Origin: an uncultured Methanoregulaceae archaeon | Lineage (GTDB): Archaea > Halobacteriota > Methanomicrobia > Methanomicrobiales > Methanospirillaceae | Assembly (NCBI GenBank): GCA_963705255.1 | Contig: OY970061.1 | Span: 224,001-288,000, forward strand | Length of the DNA: 64,000 bases | Reading direction: 5' to 3' | In this document: piece by piece, positions 20,780 to 30,398 of the stretch | Numbering within the stretch: position 1 is the stretch's first letter | How the letters are laid out: each line of letters starts with the position of its first letter | Program-made: the position numbers and the translations under genes | Notes under the pieces: generated by a model | Told to the model about the DNA's origin: nothing | Database searches by the model: none | What the model saw: only the letters and a program-made list of their open reading frames with translations

Positions 20780-21156
20780 CCAACCTTATTTCACGATTTT
20801 TCCACAAAAATGGGGAGAGGCAGACATGAATCGATAGAGCTCACTCCGGAACCTTGAAAATCGTTCAGTTATGAGGGCTCCCCGCCTCAGGGCCTCTCCG
20901 AGGCACGGCGGGGCAAGGAGGTTGAACCGCCGCGGGGGCGCCCCGTCGGGGGCGGCGGCGTTCATCGCAACAATAAAAAGAGGGCTTATCTCCTGTGATA
21001 TCTGAATAACGCGACCCTCATAGGAAACGCCAGAATAATTTCGCGTACACCGGATTAAGATTCCCGACGGATTTTCACCGGTAAATCCTGACCGCTCGTA
21101 CTGGCATGGCAAAATCAGATTGATGCAGGTTGCGAACACCTCACCGTTCCTGCCCG

Positions 21157-22107
21157 TTACACCGCTTGGGAGACCCCGACAAGGGAACGGATCCACTTCT
21201 GGGTTTCTGCCGGGGTTCCGGCAGTGTTCACGAGGTAGACAGTCGTCCGGTCCAGGAGGTCCGCGACGTACTTGTTGCGGATGAGCGTTTTTGACGGGTT
21301 CCTGACGAGGAGGTGGGGGTTGAAATAATTATTTTCAGCGAAAAATTTCAGCCCGGTCTCGGGGTCGAGTGTCTGGACCACGTTCTCGTCCGACGGGGCC
21401 CTCCTGAGGACGATGATGATCTTCAGGGTTGTCATGGGAAGGATCCTCCCTTTCCCTATCACCCAGCGGACATCGGCTACCGCACGGCCATCGGCATCAT
21501 AGTCCCCTTTCTCGACAAGTCCCCCGAACCCTTTCCAGATGGTCTCGAGATCCTGCTGGATGTAAAAATTTTTTTCCGAGCCGTACACGAGGACATCGGG
21601 CCTGTATACCCGCGCGAAGAACCAGTCATCCGAAACGATGCGCGTGCTGGGGTCCCTGAGGAGGCCGTAGGTCTGCGTGGTCTTCCCTGCACCGGGACCG
21701 CCGACGATGCAGATGCCTTTTCCGTCGACATCGATGCAGGCGCCGTGGATCGAATAGATGTTGTGTTCGTCCTCGAGGATGTCCCCGGCAAGGCTGAGGG
21801 CGAGGGATTTGATCCAGCCGTAATACTTGAAATTCAGGAGGAATGCGGTCTTGGAGGCCGGGTCGTACAGCACGCTGTCCGGCGGGTAAGACGGGTCGCT
21901 GAAGATGAAGAGCCTGCCATGGGACCGGACATTTTGCGACATCGAATAAAAGTTATCCTCCCAGGTGTCCTTCAGGATGTGGTCATCGCAGAGGAGCTTG
22001 ATGCAGCACCCGTAAATCTCCGATTTGATCTCGTACCTGACCTGCGGGAGATACCGCTCCATCAGGCGTCCTTTCTCTTCGATGGATATGGCAGAAACCG
22101 TGTACAT
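21157..22107 (-). CDS. HPr kinase/PEP carboxykinase-like P-loop protein
   Basis: HGACI...GGPGAGKTT...VSDD motif set. Confidence 0.75.
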   Translation of the reverse strand: MYTVSAISIEEKGRLMERYLPQVRYEIKSEIYGCCIKLLCDDHILKDTWEDNFYSMSQNVRSHGRLFIFSDPSYPPDSVLYDPASKTAFLLNFKYYGWIKSLALSLAGDILEDEHNIYSIHGACIDVDGKGICIVGGPGAGKTTQTYGLLRDPSTRIVSDDWFFARVYRPDVLVYGSEKNFYIQQDLETIWKGFGGLVEKGDYDADGRAVADVRWVIGKGRILPMTTLKIIIVLRRAPSDENVVQTLDPETGLKFFAENNYFNPHLLVRNPSKTLIRNKYVADLLDRTTVYLVNTAGTPAETQKWIRSLVGVSQAV

Positions 22108-22295
22108 GGCAGGAAGCCCCCGCAGGCAATGATCGCTTCTTCCCGAAGACCTGCTCTTCCGGATCATGCCGGTCTTGCCGCCGGGAATCCGCGATGGTAG
22201 TATGATATCCGTATCTTCTCAGGCCACTTATCACTTCTGTTCGGGGTACTTGTCTCCGGACCTGATGTCCCGGACATCGTGGGAACTGAGGATCG

Positions 22296-22427
22296 TTACA
22301 CGTTATTGACCGGTACGGGACAGGTACCTGACCCTGCACCGTGCCAGATATACCAGCCGATGGAGAGCCCGATGAACATTCCGATTACCACGTATATGGC
22401 CGCACGGGCCAGGTTCTCTCTCTGCAT
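22296..22427 (-). CDS. 43-aa single-TM small protein (below ORF-track cutoff)
   Basis: Hand translation MQRENLARAAIYVVIGMFIGLSIGWYIWHGAGSGTCPVPVNNV*. Confidence 0.6.
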   Translation of the reverse strand: MQRENLARAAIYVVIGMFIGLSIGWYIWHGAGSGTCPVPVNNV

Positions 22428-22539
22428 GACCTGATCTTATTTCAGAACCCCCATAAACGTTCTGTACCTGAACCGGCACGCACTCATGCTTTTTTTAATC
22501 CTGTCTCCAATCTGGTACAACGCAACGGGTGCACCGGGC

Positions 22540-23397
22540 ATGAAGCATATTCCCAGATTCTCGACGGATTCGCTTTCCAGAAACTATCCCGAGCCGGAGG
22601 AGGTCCCCGCCCCGGGTGCCCGCTGGGTGGTGGTACGGGATATGGGCGTCGTTGTCACGACCAGCCCTGCTCCCACAATCCTGCTGGACCGCTATCCGGC
22701 ATCTTCAGGAATGGCCGTTAACCGCAGCCAGTACCTTGGGCACCTCGGCAGCACTCCTGTGTATGCGGCGGAAATACCCGGTGCGGCCCCACTTCCCGGA
22801 AGTATGGTATATTCCGGTGTACGTGAACTGTCGGGAACCATACCGGACGAAGAACTTGCCCTTGCCGGGATCGCCGTCCAGATCATCGGTTTTGACCGCA
22901 CGACACGGTTTTGCGGGGTGTGCGGGGAAGGGATGCGGCAGCTCCGGACCGAACGCGCAAAGAGATGCCCTGCATGCGGGCACACCGAATACCCCCGGCT
23001 CTCCCCAGCGATCATCGTCCTCGTCAGAAATGCCGATTCCGTCCTCATGGTACAATCAAAACAGGCGCCTGCGGGAAGGCACAGTCTTGTTGCAGGCTTC
23101 GTAGAGCCCGGCGAGGATCTCGTGCACGCGGTCCACCGCGAGGTCATGGAAGAGACCGGTATCAGGATAACCAATGTCAGTTATGCCGGAAGCGAACCGT
23201 GGCCGTTCCCGAACTCGCTCATGATCGCGTTTGTTGCCGACTATGATGGCGGCGGGATTGAACCTGACGGGACCGAGGTCGTTTCTGCGGGCTGGTTCCG
23301 GAGGGACAATCTCCCGTCAGTTCCCCCAAAACTCAGTATCGCCCGGTCACTCATCGACTGGTGGGTGGAGAACGGGACCCGGCCGGACTCCCGCTGA
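22540..23397 (+). CDS. nudC: NAD(+)/NADH diphosphatase
   Basis: FCGVCG...CPACG zinc ribbon, YPRLSPA, Nudix box AGFVEPGE...REVMEETG, EPWPFPNSLM. Confidence 0.92.
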   Translation: MKHIPRFSTDSLSRNYPEPEEVPAPGARWVVVRDMGVVVTTSPAPTILLDRYPASSGMAVNRSQYLGHLGSTPVYAAEIPGAAPLPGSMVYSGVRELSGTIPDEELALAGIAVQIIGFDRTTRFCGVCGEGMRQLRTERAKRCPACGHTEYPRLSPAIIVLVRNADSVLMVQSKQAPAGRHSLVAGFVEPGEDLVHAVHREVMEETGIRITNVSYAGSEPWPFPNSLMIAFVADYDGGGIEPDGTEVVSAGWFRRDNLPSVPPKLSIARSLIDWWVENGTRPDSR

Positions 23398-23568
23398 GGG
23401 TCCCGTACCGGGCGGCAAATTTTTCTTCACGGATTTATTGTTTTTCTTTGGTGTCTGGGGCCGCCAAGGCACCGGTAACTTCATTTCGACCAGAAATGCT
23501 ATTATACAGTATATAAAACATTATAAATAGGCAACGATCGTGCCAGTCCTATAGTGTGAGAGATTGTG

Positions 23569-26514
23569 ATGAGCGACCCCCCGTCCGATGAAGACGAAAA
23601 TACCGTTGATATTTTCGTGCTGAGTAAAGGTGAGAAAGAACCTCTTTTACAAAACGAGATCCTGAAAAAAAAGGGTTACCATATCACCCTTTTTACCGAC
23701 AGCACCCAGATCCAGGACTCCTTGCGGCATGGAAGGCCCAATCTCCTGATCTGCGATACGGTATCCCTCCCGCAGGAGGCGTATGACGTCTGCAGGCAGA
23801 TCAAGGCCGATGACCGGCACTGGATGATCCCGGTCCTCGTCGTCACGGCCGCTTCCAGCCTGTCCGACCTTCTGAACGTCCTGGACTGCAACGCAGACAA
23901 CTTCATCGCGCACCCGTTCGACCCGCCCTACCTTATCTCGCTCATCGAAGGTATGCTCTCCACTCCTGTCGAGCGGACGATGCCGGAGCAGATCAAGACC
24001 CAGTTCAGGATCCAGCATGACGACAAGGTCTACGTGGTCACTGCCGACCGCCGCAAACTGCTCGAGTTCCTCCTCTCATCCTTCGAAATTGCCATCAATA
24101 TTTCCGGCAATCTCTCCCGGGCACGAGAAGAGATAGCGGAGATCACGCGGTCCCTCAGACATTACGAATCGGTAGTCGGAGAACAGGCCCGGGTCATTGA
24201 GACCGTAAACGCAGCCCTGCTCAAAAAAGATCAGACCCTCAGGGAACTTGAAGAAAAACTTTCTGACCGGGAACATAACGTCTCACGGTTGTCGGATGCG
24301 AATGAGCAGCTCAGCAGGGAACTGGAAGGGAGCAAAGCGCTCCTTGCCACTGCAGAAGAGCGCATCCTGCAGATGGCAAGGGAAAATGATGCAGCCGCTG
24401 AAGTTCACCGATCTGAGATCGACGGACTGAACCGCCAGGTCAGTTCCCTTTCTGAAGCACTTGCCTCCACAAAAACGGAGTCTGAGAAAGCCGTCCGGGC
24501 CCTCGAAGAGAAGACGACGCAGTGTGAGGCGACCGTACAGGATCTCGATGAGATAACGGCGCACAGGGAACAGGCGGAAAAGTCCCTCCGTGCTCTTACC
24601 CTCGAACACGAACAGATGAAAGTCTCCCTTGCTGCAGAGAAGAACCGGGCGCAGGCCGCAGCAGAGGAGGTCAGGGAGGTTCTCCAGGCAAAGACGGATT
24701 CCGAACAGGACCTTACCCGGATCATCAACGAACTCAGGGATACCGCAAAAGAGCAGGCTCAAACCCTTGTCCGGAATACCGGGGAACTCGAGTCAGCAAA
24801 GAACCAGATCACCGCTCTTGAAAGGGATCTGAACACTATCAGAACGGAGAAGGAAAAAATGGAATCTGCGCTCCGTGACCGTGCAGACAGTATCAGCCAG
24901 GAGCTCTGCGACCTCCGGGTAAAATACGGGATGACCGTTGCCCAGTTCGAGGAGAAAGAGCGCCGCATCCCTCCCCTTGAACTGGAACTGAACCAGACCC
25001 GGGTGGAACGGGACAGGATCGGCGCCGATCTCCAGGCACTCACGCGGGAACTCGAAGCGGCCCGGGCCGCACTTGCTGAGGAGAAGGAAGCGCACCGCTC
25101 AGCGGAGGAGCGTTTAACCTCGATGGTCGGCGAGCGGGATGTCGCGCTCCGGACACTTCGTGCCGCGCATGATGGGTTAAAGACTGACCTCGATTCACAT
25201 AAAAACGGCCTGGTTCAGGCGAAAGGGGAGATCCAGTCCGCCTCGGAGCTGCGGGAGACCCTTGAATGCAGGCTTGAGGCCGGTGCCACACGGATCCGGG
25301 AGCTCGAGTCCGAAGTGCGCACGCTGTCGTCAGACCATGCGCAGGCTGCCCAGCAGGTGCGGACACTATCAGATGAACTGGAGCAGGTCAAAGCAGCACT
25401 CGGGAATGAGAGGAGGTTGCACCATGCAACGGACGAAAAACTGGTGGTCGTCAGCCAGGTGCGAGAACAGTTCCTGCATGACCTCCGGAAATCCGCGGAA
25501 GAGCTTGCCCTGCTGAAACACGAGCTTGAGGAAGAGCGCACGCTGCGCCAGGCCATGGAAGCGCAGAAATATTCAGCCGAGGTGGAGCAGGAGCAGTTTG
25601 CCCGGAACATTTCCCTGACTGAGAACGAGCGATCTGCAGCCGATGAAGAGCGGACTGCATCGATCCGAAACCTGACTTCAGACCTTGAATCAGCCCTTGC
25701 GCGGCAGCGGGTGCTGGAAGACCAGGTAACCGGTCTCACGAAAGAGAAGCAGCTCATCGAAGAGAAGGCCTCCGGCCTCTCGGAGGAGATCGACCAGGCG
25801 AGAACAGCGCTCGCGGACGAGTGGGAAGACCACATGAACGATCAGGAGCGGCTCGTTGTTGCCACGGAAAAGAAAGTACGGCTCGAAGAGGAGCTGCACC
25901 GGGCAGAGGAGCCGGAAGCGGAACAAACAAAAAAACGTGCGGTCATCATCAGGGAACAGGGCCTGCCGGTGGAAGTCAGGGCTGTTTCAAAAGCGCTTTC
26001 GCTACCTCTCCCGTCACAGGCCCCCGGGAGTCCGCCGCCACGCATAACCGGCGTCGAAGACCTTTTCGAGGAGGATGAGCCCCAGGAAAAAGAGACAGAC
26101 CCGCTCCCGGCAGTCACTATCGTCAGCGAGCCGTCCGCAGGCTTTGAAGATGAGAACTTGCCCAAGGATATTCAGGAAGATCCGGGAAGTGCCGAACCGG
26201 AGCCTGAAGAGGGCAAATCTCCTGATGGCGAGGTGGAGAGGAGAGAAGAGGAGGCTGGGATAGAAGAGATCTCTGGTACACCTGGTGAAATCCCCGGCCC
26301 GGCAAACCAGAGCGGTATAGCGTTCAACCGTGCACAATGGCTGGACCTCCTCAAATGGGCACACCATTCCGGGGCACTCTCGCAGGAGCAGCGCATGCAG
26401 ATCGTCAGGATGGGACGGCTGATCCAGAAAGGCAGGAAACTGACACGCAGGCAGGACGAGCAGGTCAGGAAGATGATGGTCCTCGTGCAGACGCTCGGCT
26501 ACCATTTAACCTGA
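23569..26514 (+). CDS. Receiver domain plus very long coiled-coil protein
   Basis: N-terminal REC-like region (PNLLICD, IPVLVVT, ADNFIAHPFD); ~600-aa E/A/L/R heptad region; acidic linker; small helical C-terminal domain. Confidence 0.85.
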   Translation: MSDPPSDEDENTVDIFVLSKGEKEPLLQNEILKKKGYHITLFTDSTQIQDSLRHGRPNLLICDTVSLPQEAYDVCRQIKADDRHWMIPVLVVTAASSLSDLLNVLDCNADNFIAHPFDPPYLISLIEGMLSTPVERTMPEQIKTQFRIQHDDKVYVVTADRRKLLEFLLSSFEIAINISGNLSRAREEIAEITRSLRHYESVVGEQARVIETVNAALLKKDQTLRELEEKLSDREHNVSRLSDANEQLSRELEGSKALLATAEERILQMARENDAAAEVHRSEIDGLNRQVSSLSEALASTKTESEKAVRALEEKTTQCEATVQDLDEITAHREQAEKSLRALTLEHEQMKVSLAAEKNRAQAAAEEVREVLQAKTDSEQDLTRIINELRDTAKEQAQTLVRNTGELESAKNQITALERDLNTIRTEKEKMESALRDRADSISQELCDLRVKYGMTVAQFEEKERRIPPLELELNQTRVERDRIGADLQALTRELEAARAALAEEKEAHRSAEERLTSMVGERDVALRTLRAAHDGLKTDLDSHKNGLVQAKGEIQSASELRETLECRLEAGATRIRELESEVRTLSSDHAQAAQQVRTLSDELEQVKAALGNERRLHHATDEKLVVVSQVREQFLHDLRKSAEELALLKHELEEERTLRQAMEAQKYSAEVEQEQFARNISLTENERSAADEERTASIRNLTSDLESALARQRVLEDQVTGLTKEKQLIEEKASGLSEEIDQARTALADEWEDHMNDQERLVVATEKKVRLEEELHRAEEPEAEQTKKRAVIIREQGLPVEVRAVSKALSLPLPSQAPGSPPPRITGVEDLFEEDEPQEKETDPLPAVTIVSEPSAGFEDENLPKDIQEDPGSAEPEPEEGKSPDGEVERREEEAGIEEISGTPGEIPGPANQSGIAFNRAQWLDLLKWAHHSGALSQEQRMQIVRMGRLIQKGRKLTRRQDEQVRKMMVLVQTLGYHLT

Positions 26515-26942
26515 CCCCTCTTTGCTGCAGTTGTCCTCCTGGTATCCCCTTTTCCGGCTCGTTTATTACCCGTACATTTACCTGTGCCTTCAGTTTCCCG
26601 TTTGGTACAGGCTACGGTAGTCCGGGTCAAAAAAAGGATTGGATTAGGCATGACAGATGGTGCCCCCTGCGGCTGATCCCCGCACTATGGGGAGGTACAT
26701 AACCGATTTTGGCAGGTGGCCCCTCAGCAAGACGGAGCCATTCCCGACAAGGCAGATACGGTCCGCGATCCGGCGTGAGAGTTCAAGGCCATCCGATCTC
26801 TCCATCCAGTTCCCCTGGGACGGAACTGAATAAAGTTTGGCATGACGCCAAAATTTCCCGCCCCCCCGGCCCATCGGAGAATGGGACCTGTTCAAATCCC
26901 GCCATGTTTAAAAATGCCGGAGGAGTAGTATTGGTGACTGCC

Positions 26943-28400
26943 ATGCCTCCCCGATCATTCCGTGACCGGTACCGTTCCATCTTCCAGACCAAACCTGTCA
27001 GCAAACTGATGGAATGCACCGGCGGGGTGCATGGGCTGAAAAAAGTGCTTTCGCCGTTCGAGCTTACGCTTCTTGGTATCGGGGCGATCATCGGAACGGG
27101 CATTTTTGTCATCACCGGTATCGTTGCAGCAGATTATTCCGGGCCGGCCCTGGTGGTCTCGTTCATCATCTCCGGGACCGTATGCGCCTTTGCAGCGCTG
27201 AGCTATGCGGAATTTGCCGCGATGGTGCCGGTTGCCGGGAGCGCCTATACGTACGGGTATGCCTCGCTCGGGGAGGTCTGGGCATGGATCATCGGATGGG
27301 ACCTCATCCTCGAGTACTCGGTGTCGATAGCCGCGGTGGCGGTCGGGTGGTCGGGGTATATGACAAGCCTCCTCGCCGGGGCCGGTATCACTCTTCCCGC
27401 CCCGCTTATCAACCCCCCGGGACTGGATGGCGGGATCGTCAACCTCCCGGCAATCCTGATCATCTTCGTCGTTACCGGACTCCTGATCCTCGGAGTGAAG
27501 GAGAGCGCCCGGGTCAACACGGTAATCGTGCTGATCAAAATCACGGTCATCCTGCTCTTCCTCTTCCTCGCCTTCTCGCACATCAATCCCGCAAACTGGA
27601 CCCCGTTCATGCCTTTCGGGTGGTCCGGGGTCCTCACCGGGGCGGCGATCGTTTTTTTTGCTTATATCGGGTTCGACGCGGTCTCGACGGCAGCGGAGGA
27701 AGTCAAAGACCCTCAGAAGACTCTCCCTATCGGGATCATCGGATCGCTGGTCGTATCGACCATCCTCTATATCGCCGTCACAACGGTCCTCACCGGGATA
27801 GTACCCTACAGTCTTTTCAAAAATACCGCCGCCCCTGTCGCGTTTGCTCTTGGGGAGATCGGCATCTCCTGGGGCTCGGCCCTCGTCTCTGTCGGTGCAA
27901 TCTGCGGGATCACCTCAGTCCTCATCGTTCTGCTCTTCGGCCAGACACGGATCTTCTTTGCCATGTCGCGGGACGGTCTCCTCCCCGCTGTCTTCCGGGA
28001 ACTCCACCCGGTGTACCGGACGCCGGTCAAAGTGACGCTGCTTGTCGGGGTCGTGACCGCGATCCTCGCAAGCCTCCTCCCGCTCCAGACAATCGCGGAA
28101 CTCGTGAATATCGGGACGCTCGCTGCGTTCATCATCGTCTCCCTCGGGGTCATCGTCCTGCGCAGGACGAAGCCGGATCTCGAGCGGCCGTTCCGTTGCC
28201 CGTTCGTACCGCTCGTACCCGCGCTCTGCATCGTCTCCTGCAGCGCCCTGATCTTCATGCTCCCGACCGTGACCCACCTGAGGTTCATCATCTGGCTGGC
28301 CATCGGGCTCGTCATCTATTTCCTGTACAGCATGCACCACAGCCGGATCAATGATGATACCACAGGACTAGAGTGCTGGGCCCCGCCGGGCAACCATTGA
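26943..28400 (+). CDS. APC-family amino acid permease (cationic amino acid transporter-like)
   Basis: GIGAIIGTGIF, YAEFAAMVPVAGSAYTY, FFAYIGFD, MSRDGLLP. Confidence 0.92.
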   Translation: MPPRSFRDRYRSIFQTKPVSKLMECTGGVHGLKKVLSPFELTLLGIGAIIGTGIFVITGIVAADYSGPALVVSFIISGTVCAFAALSYAEFAAMVPVAGSAYTYGYASLGEVWAWIIGWDLILEYSVSIAAVAVGWSGYMTSLLAGAGITLPAPLINPPGLDGGIVNLPAILIIFVVTGLLILGVKESARVNTVIVLIKITVILLFLFLAFSHINPANWTPFMPFGWSGVLTGAAIVFFAYIGFDAVSTAAEEVKDPQKTLPIGIIGSLVVSTILYIAVTTVLTGIVPYSLFKNTAAPVAFALGEIGISWGSALVSVGAICGITSVLIVLLFGQTRIFFAMSRDGLLPAVFRELHPVYRTPVKVTLLVGVVTAILASLLPLQTIAELVNIGTLAAFIIVSLGVIVLRRTKPDLERPFRCPFVPLVPALCIVSCSALIFMLPTVTHLRFIIWLAIGLVIYFLYSMHHSRINDDTTGLECWAPPGNH

Positions 28401-28419
28401 CGGCCCGCGTAAAAAGTGA

Positions 28420-28644
28420 TCAGATCCGGCCGGTCTTCTGAAGCCAGAGGCCGGTCCCCCAGTAGGCTGCACCGGCACCAAGGAGTGCAGCAAAGCTCAG
28501 TATGACAAACCCGTAATCCCCGGTCACGACTGCGTGTGCCTCCAGAAGCACAACGTTCACGGCGAAATACACGAATACAGCCACAACGACAACAAGCCCG
28601 ATGATGCCTGCTGTTCCCATGATGATGAGATCATCTGAAGTCAA
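28420..28644 (-). CDS. Small 2-TM membrane protein
   Basis: TTG start after GGGGTG RBS; two hydrophobic helices. Confidence 0.65.
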   Translation of the reverse strand: MTSDDLIIMGTAGIIGLVVVVAVFVYFAVNVVLLEAHAVVTGDYGFVILSFAALLGAGAAYWGTGLWLQKTGRI

Positions 28645-28699
28645 TGTCCCACCCCCCGTCGTGCCTGATGACCGGGATAACGGAGCGCGCTCAAGAACG

Positions 28700-29791
28700 T
28701 CACCGCCCGAGATACTGTGCCAGGATGTCGTCATACAGCCGTTCGACATTCTCACGGGTGCCGGGAATGGCAGGAAACCCGTTGTAGTTCCGTGTGGCAC
28801 TGATATCTTCAGCAAGCCGGAGGTGGTACTGGCTTACGGAATGGAACCAGCCGTTCTTCTCATAATAGGATGAGAGGTATTCCTGTTCGGTCTGGCCCGG
28901 TGTCGGGATCAGGAGGGCCCGTTTTTTGTCCAGTTCCGCAATCTCCATCATGGAAGTGTACCCGGACCGGCAGATGATCGTGCGTGCCCGGTTCATGAGG
29001 GACTCCTTCTCTCCGGTAGATGCGTAGCTGATTATGGTACAGTCACCGGACTGCTCACGTTCCCGGGTGTTCCTCGGGCTGCCGAGAAGCACCACCCGTT
29101 TTCCCGGGAGATCGTTTATCTGCGGCATGAGGATCTCCTCGAGCCGCTGCCTCTGGGGCTCCGGCCCGGATATCAGCACCAGGTAGTCCAGGTCCGTCGG
29201 CAGTTCCCGCCGGTGCATGCCGGTGAGGATACCGGCAAAGTAGGCCCTCCCGATCGTTGCTTCTGTACCGGGGCGGGACAGTTTTCCCGCGAGTGCCGCA
29301 GGGCCCGGCGGGCTGTCGGGAACAATGATGTGCCGGAACTTCTCGTGGTGGTAGCCATTTGCTTCGACTGCGAGGAGCTCGACCGGCCAGAAGGCGAGGG
29401 GGAGGTGGTAGTGGAGCTGGTGGGTTATGAAGACCGATGGAATCTCCGGAGAATAGACCCCCAAGCGGTTGTCGCTGATGATGAGGTCATAGCGGTCCTT
29501 CTCCAGAATCTTTACGAGGTTTTTCCGCTCATCGGAGATCGCCTTCAGCATCAGGGGGAAAGAAGCGAAGAATTTCGGGAGAAAAAACCTGCTCGAACTG
29601 TAGGGGACCGGGTAGTCAGGGAACTCGATGACCGCAAGGTCCGGGAACTCATTCTCCAGTACGGCCCGGGCATTCCCGCAGGCCGCGATGGTCACGTCGT
29701 GGTTGTGCCGGAGGAGGCTGTGGATGACGGGGATGTCCCGGGTCGCGTGACCCAGGCCCCAGTTCAGAGGCGATACCAGCACGTGCGCCAT
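28700..29791 (-). CDS. GT-B glycosyltransferase (GT28-like)
   Basis: WGLGHATR, ICRSGYTSMME, IPTPGQTEQ. Confidence 0.88.
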   Translation of the reverse strand: MAHVLVSPLNWGLGHATRDIPVIHSLLRHNHDVTIAACGNARAVLENEFPDLAVIEFPDYPVPYSSSRFFLPKFFASFPLMLKAISDERKNLVKILEKDRYDLIISDNRLGVYSPEIPSVFITHQLHYHLPLAFWPVELLAVEANGYHHEKFRHIIVPDSPPGPAALAGKLSRPGTEATIGRAYFAGILTGMHRRELPTDLDYLVLISGPEPQRQRLEEILMPQINDLPGKRVVLLGSPRNTREREQSGDCTIISYASTGEKESLMNRARTIICRSGYTSMMEIAELDKKRALLIPTPGQTEQEYLSSYYEKNGWFHSVSQYHLRLAEDISATRNYNGFPAIPGTRENVERLYDDILAQYLGR

Positions 29792-29923
29792 TCCTGCTCC
29801 GATCGATGATCAGAATTCTTCCACAATGGTATTGAATGATTCGTAACGGTTGTTCACCCGCTCACGGACGGGTTCCTTCCGGGTGTCCGGGAATGCCGGT
29901 CCGGCTGCCGGATTTGAAAATTC

Positions 29924-30379
29924 GGCTTTGTCGAAACCCTATTTTTCTAATCATTTGCCTTGTACTCTGCGGTTAGGAGAGTGACCCCCTCTCTCAAGTC
30001 GAAGAACCTGTCGGTTCTTCTCCAGCCCGCTCTTCCCAGCGGGAACAGCGGTCTCCCCAGTAGGGGAAGGCAACGCAAGGGGACCATCCCCTTGAATCTC
30101 TGAGAGGTCTTCAGACCTCGAAGAGGAGAAGATTTACAAAGTAAATCTTCGACCCCGTTTTTTCGGGTTTTCCATCAACCTTCTGAGGAACTATCCTAAT
30201 ATGGGGGATGCCCTAGCGGCGGGGACTGCCGAAGGCAGTGGAGAAGAATTCGCCAGAATTCTTCGACTGCGGAGGGTCGAAGAACGCTGATGCGTTCTTC
30301 TCCAGCCTCACCTCACGTTTCGTGAGGTTCGTCACCCCCAAGAGCGACTGCATGTTTTTCTGAGGATTTCAACAGAGCC
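29924..30379. mobile_element. MITE copy B (IS903-like TIRs) with four nested hairpin cassettes
   Basis: Ends GGCTTTGTCGAAACCCT / AGGATTTCAACAGAGCC; flanks GAAAATTC / AAAAATCC (6/8). Confidence 0.85.
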
Positions 30380-30398
30380 AAAAATCCCGTTCTCCGGT

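Noticed and set aside
23900-25950. SMC/Rad50 call for the coiled-coil protein
   Set aside because: No Walker A/B, signature motif or hinge.
26644-26895. 83-aa minus ORF or riboswitch-like leader upstream of the amino acid permease
   Set aside because: Only one short hairpin (CAGTTCC/GGAACTG), no known riboswitch consensus, and no motif in the ORF.
26885-26905. GTTCAAATCCC resembling a tRNA T-loop
   Set aside because: The flanks do not form a T-stem or acceptor stem, and no cloverleaf can be built.
29810-29923. Open minus-strand frame ending ...VNNRYESFNTIVEEF* running up to MITE copy B
   Set aside because: Could be a gene remnant, but it is only 37 codons with no continuation on the other side of the MITE and no recognisable motif.
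29924-30379. CRISPR array interpretation of the repeated GAAGA/TCTTC hairpins
   Set aside because: Units are in mixed orientation with irregular spacing, variation lies inside the palindromes, and no cas genes are present.
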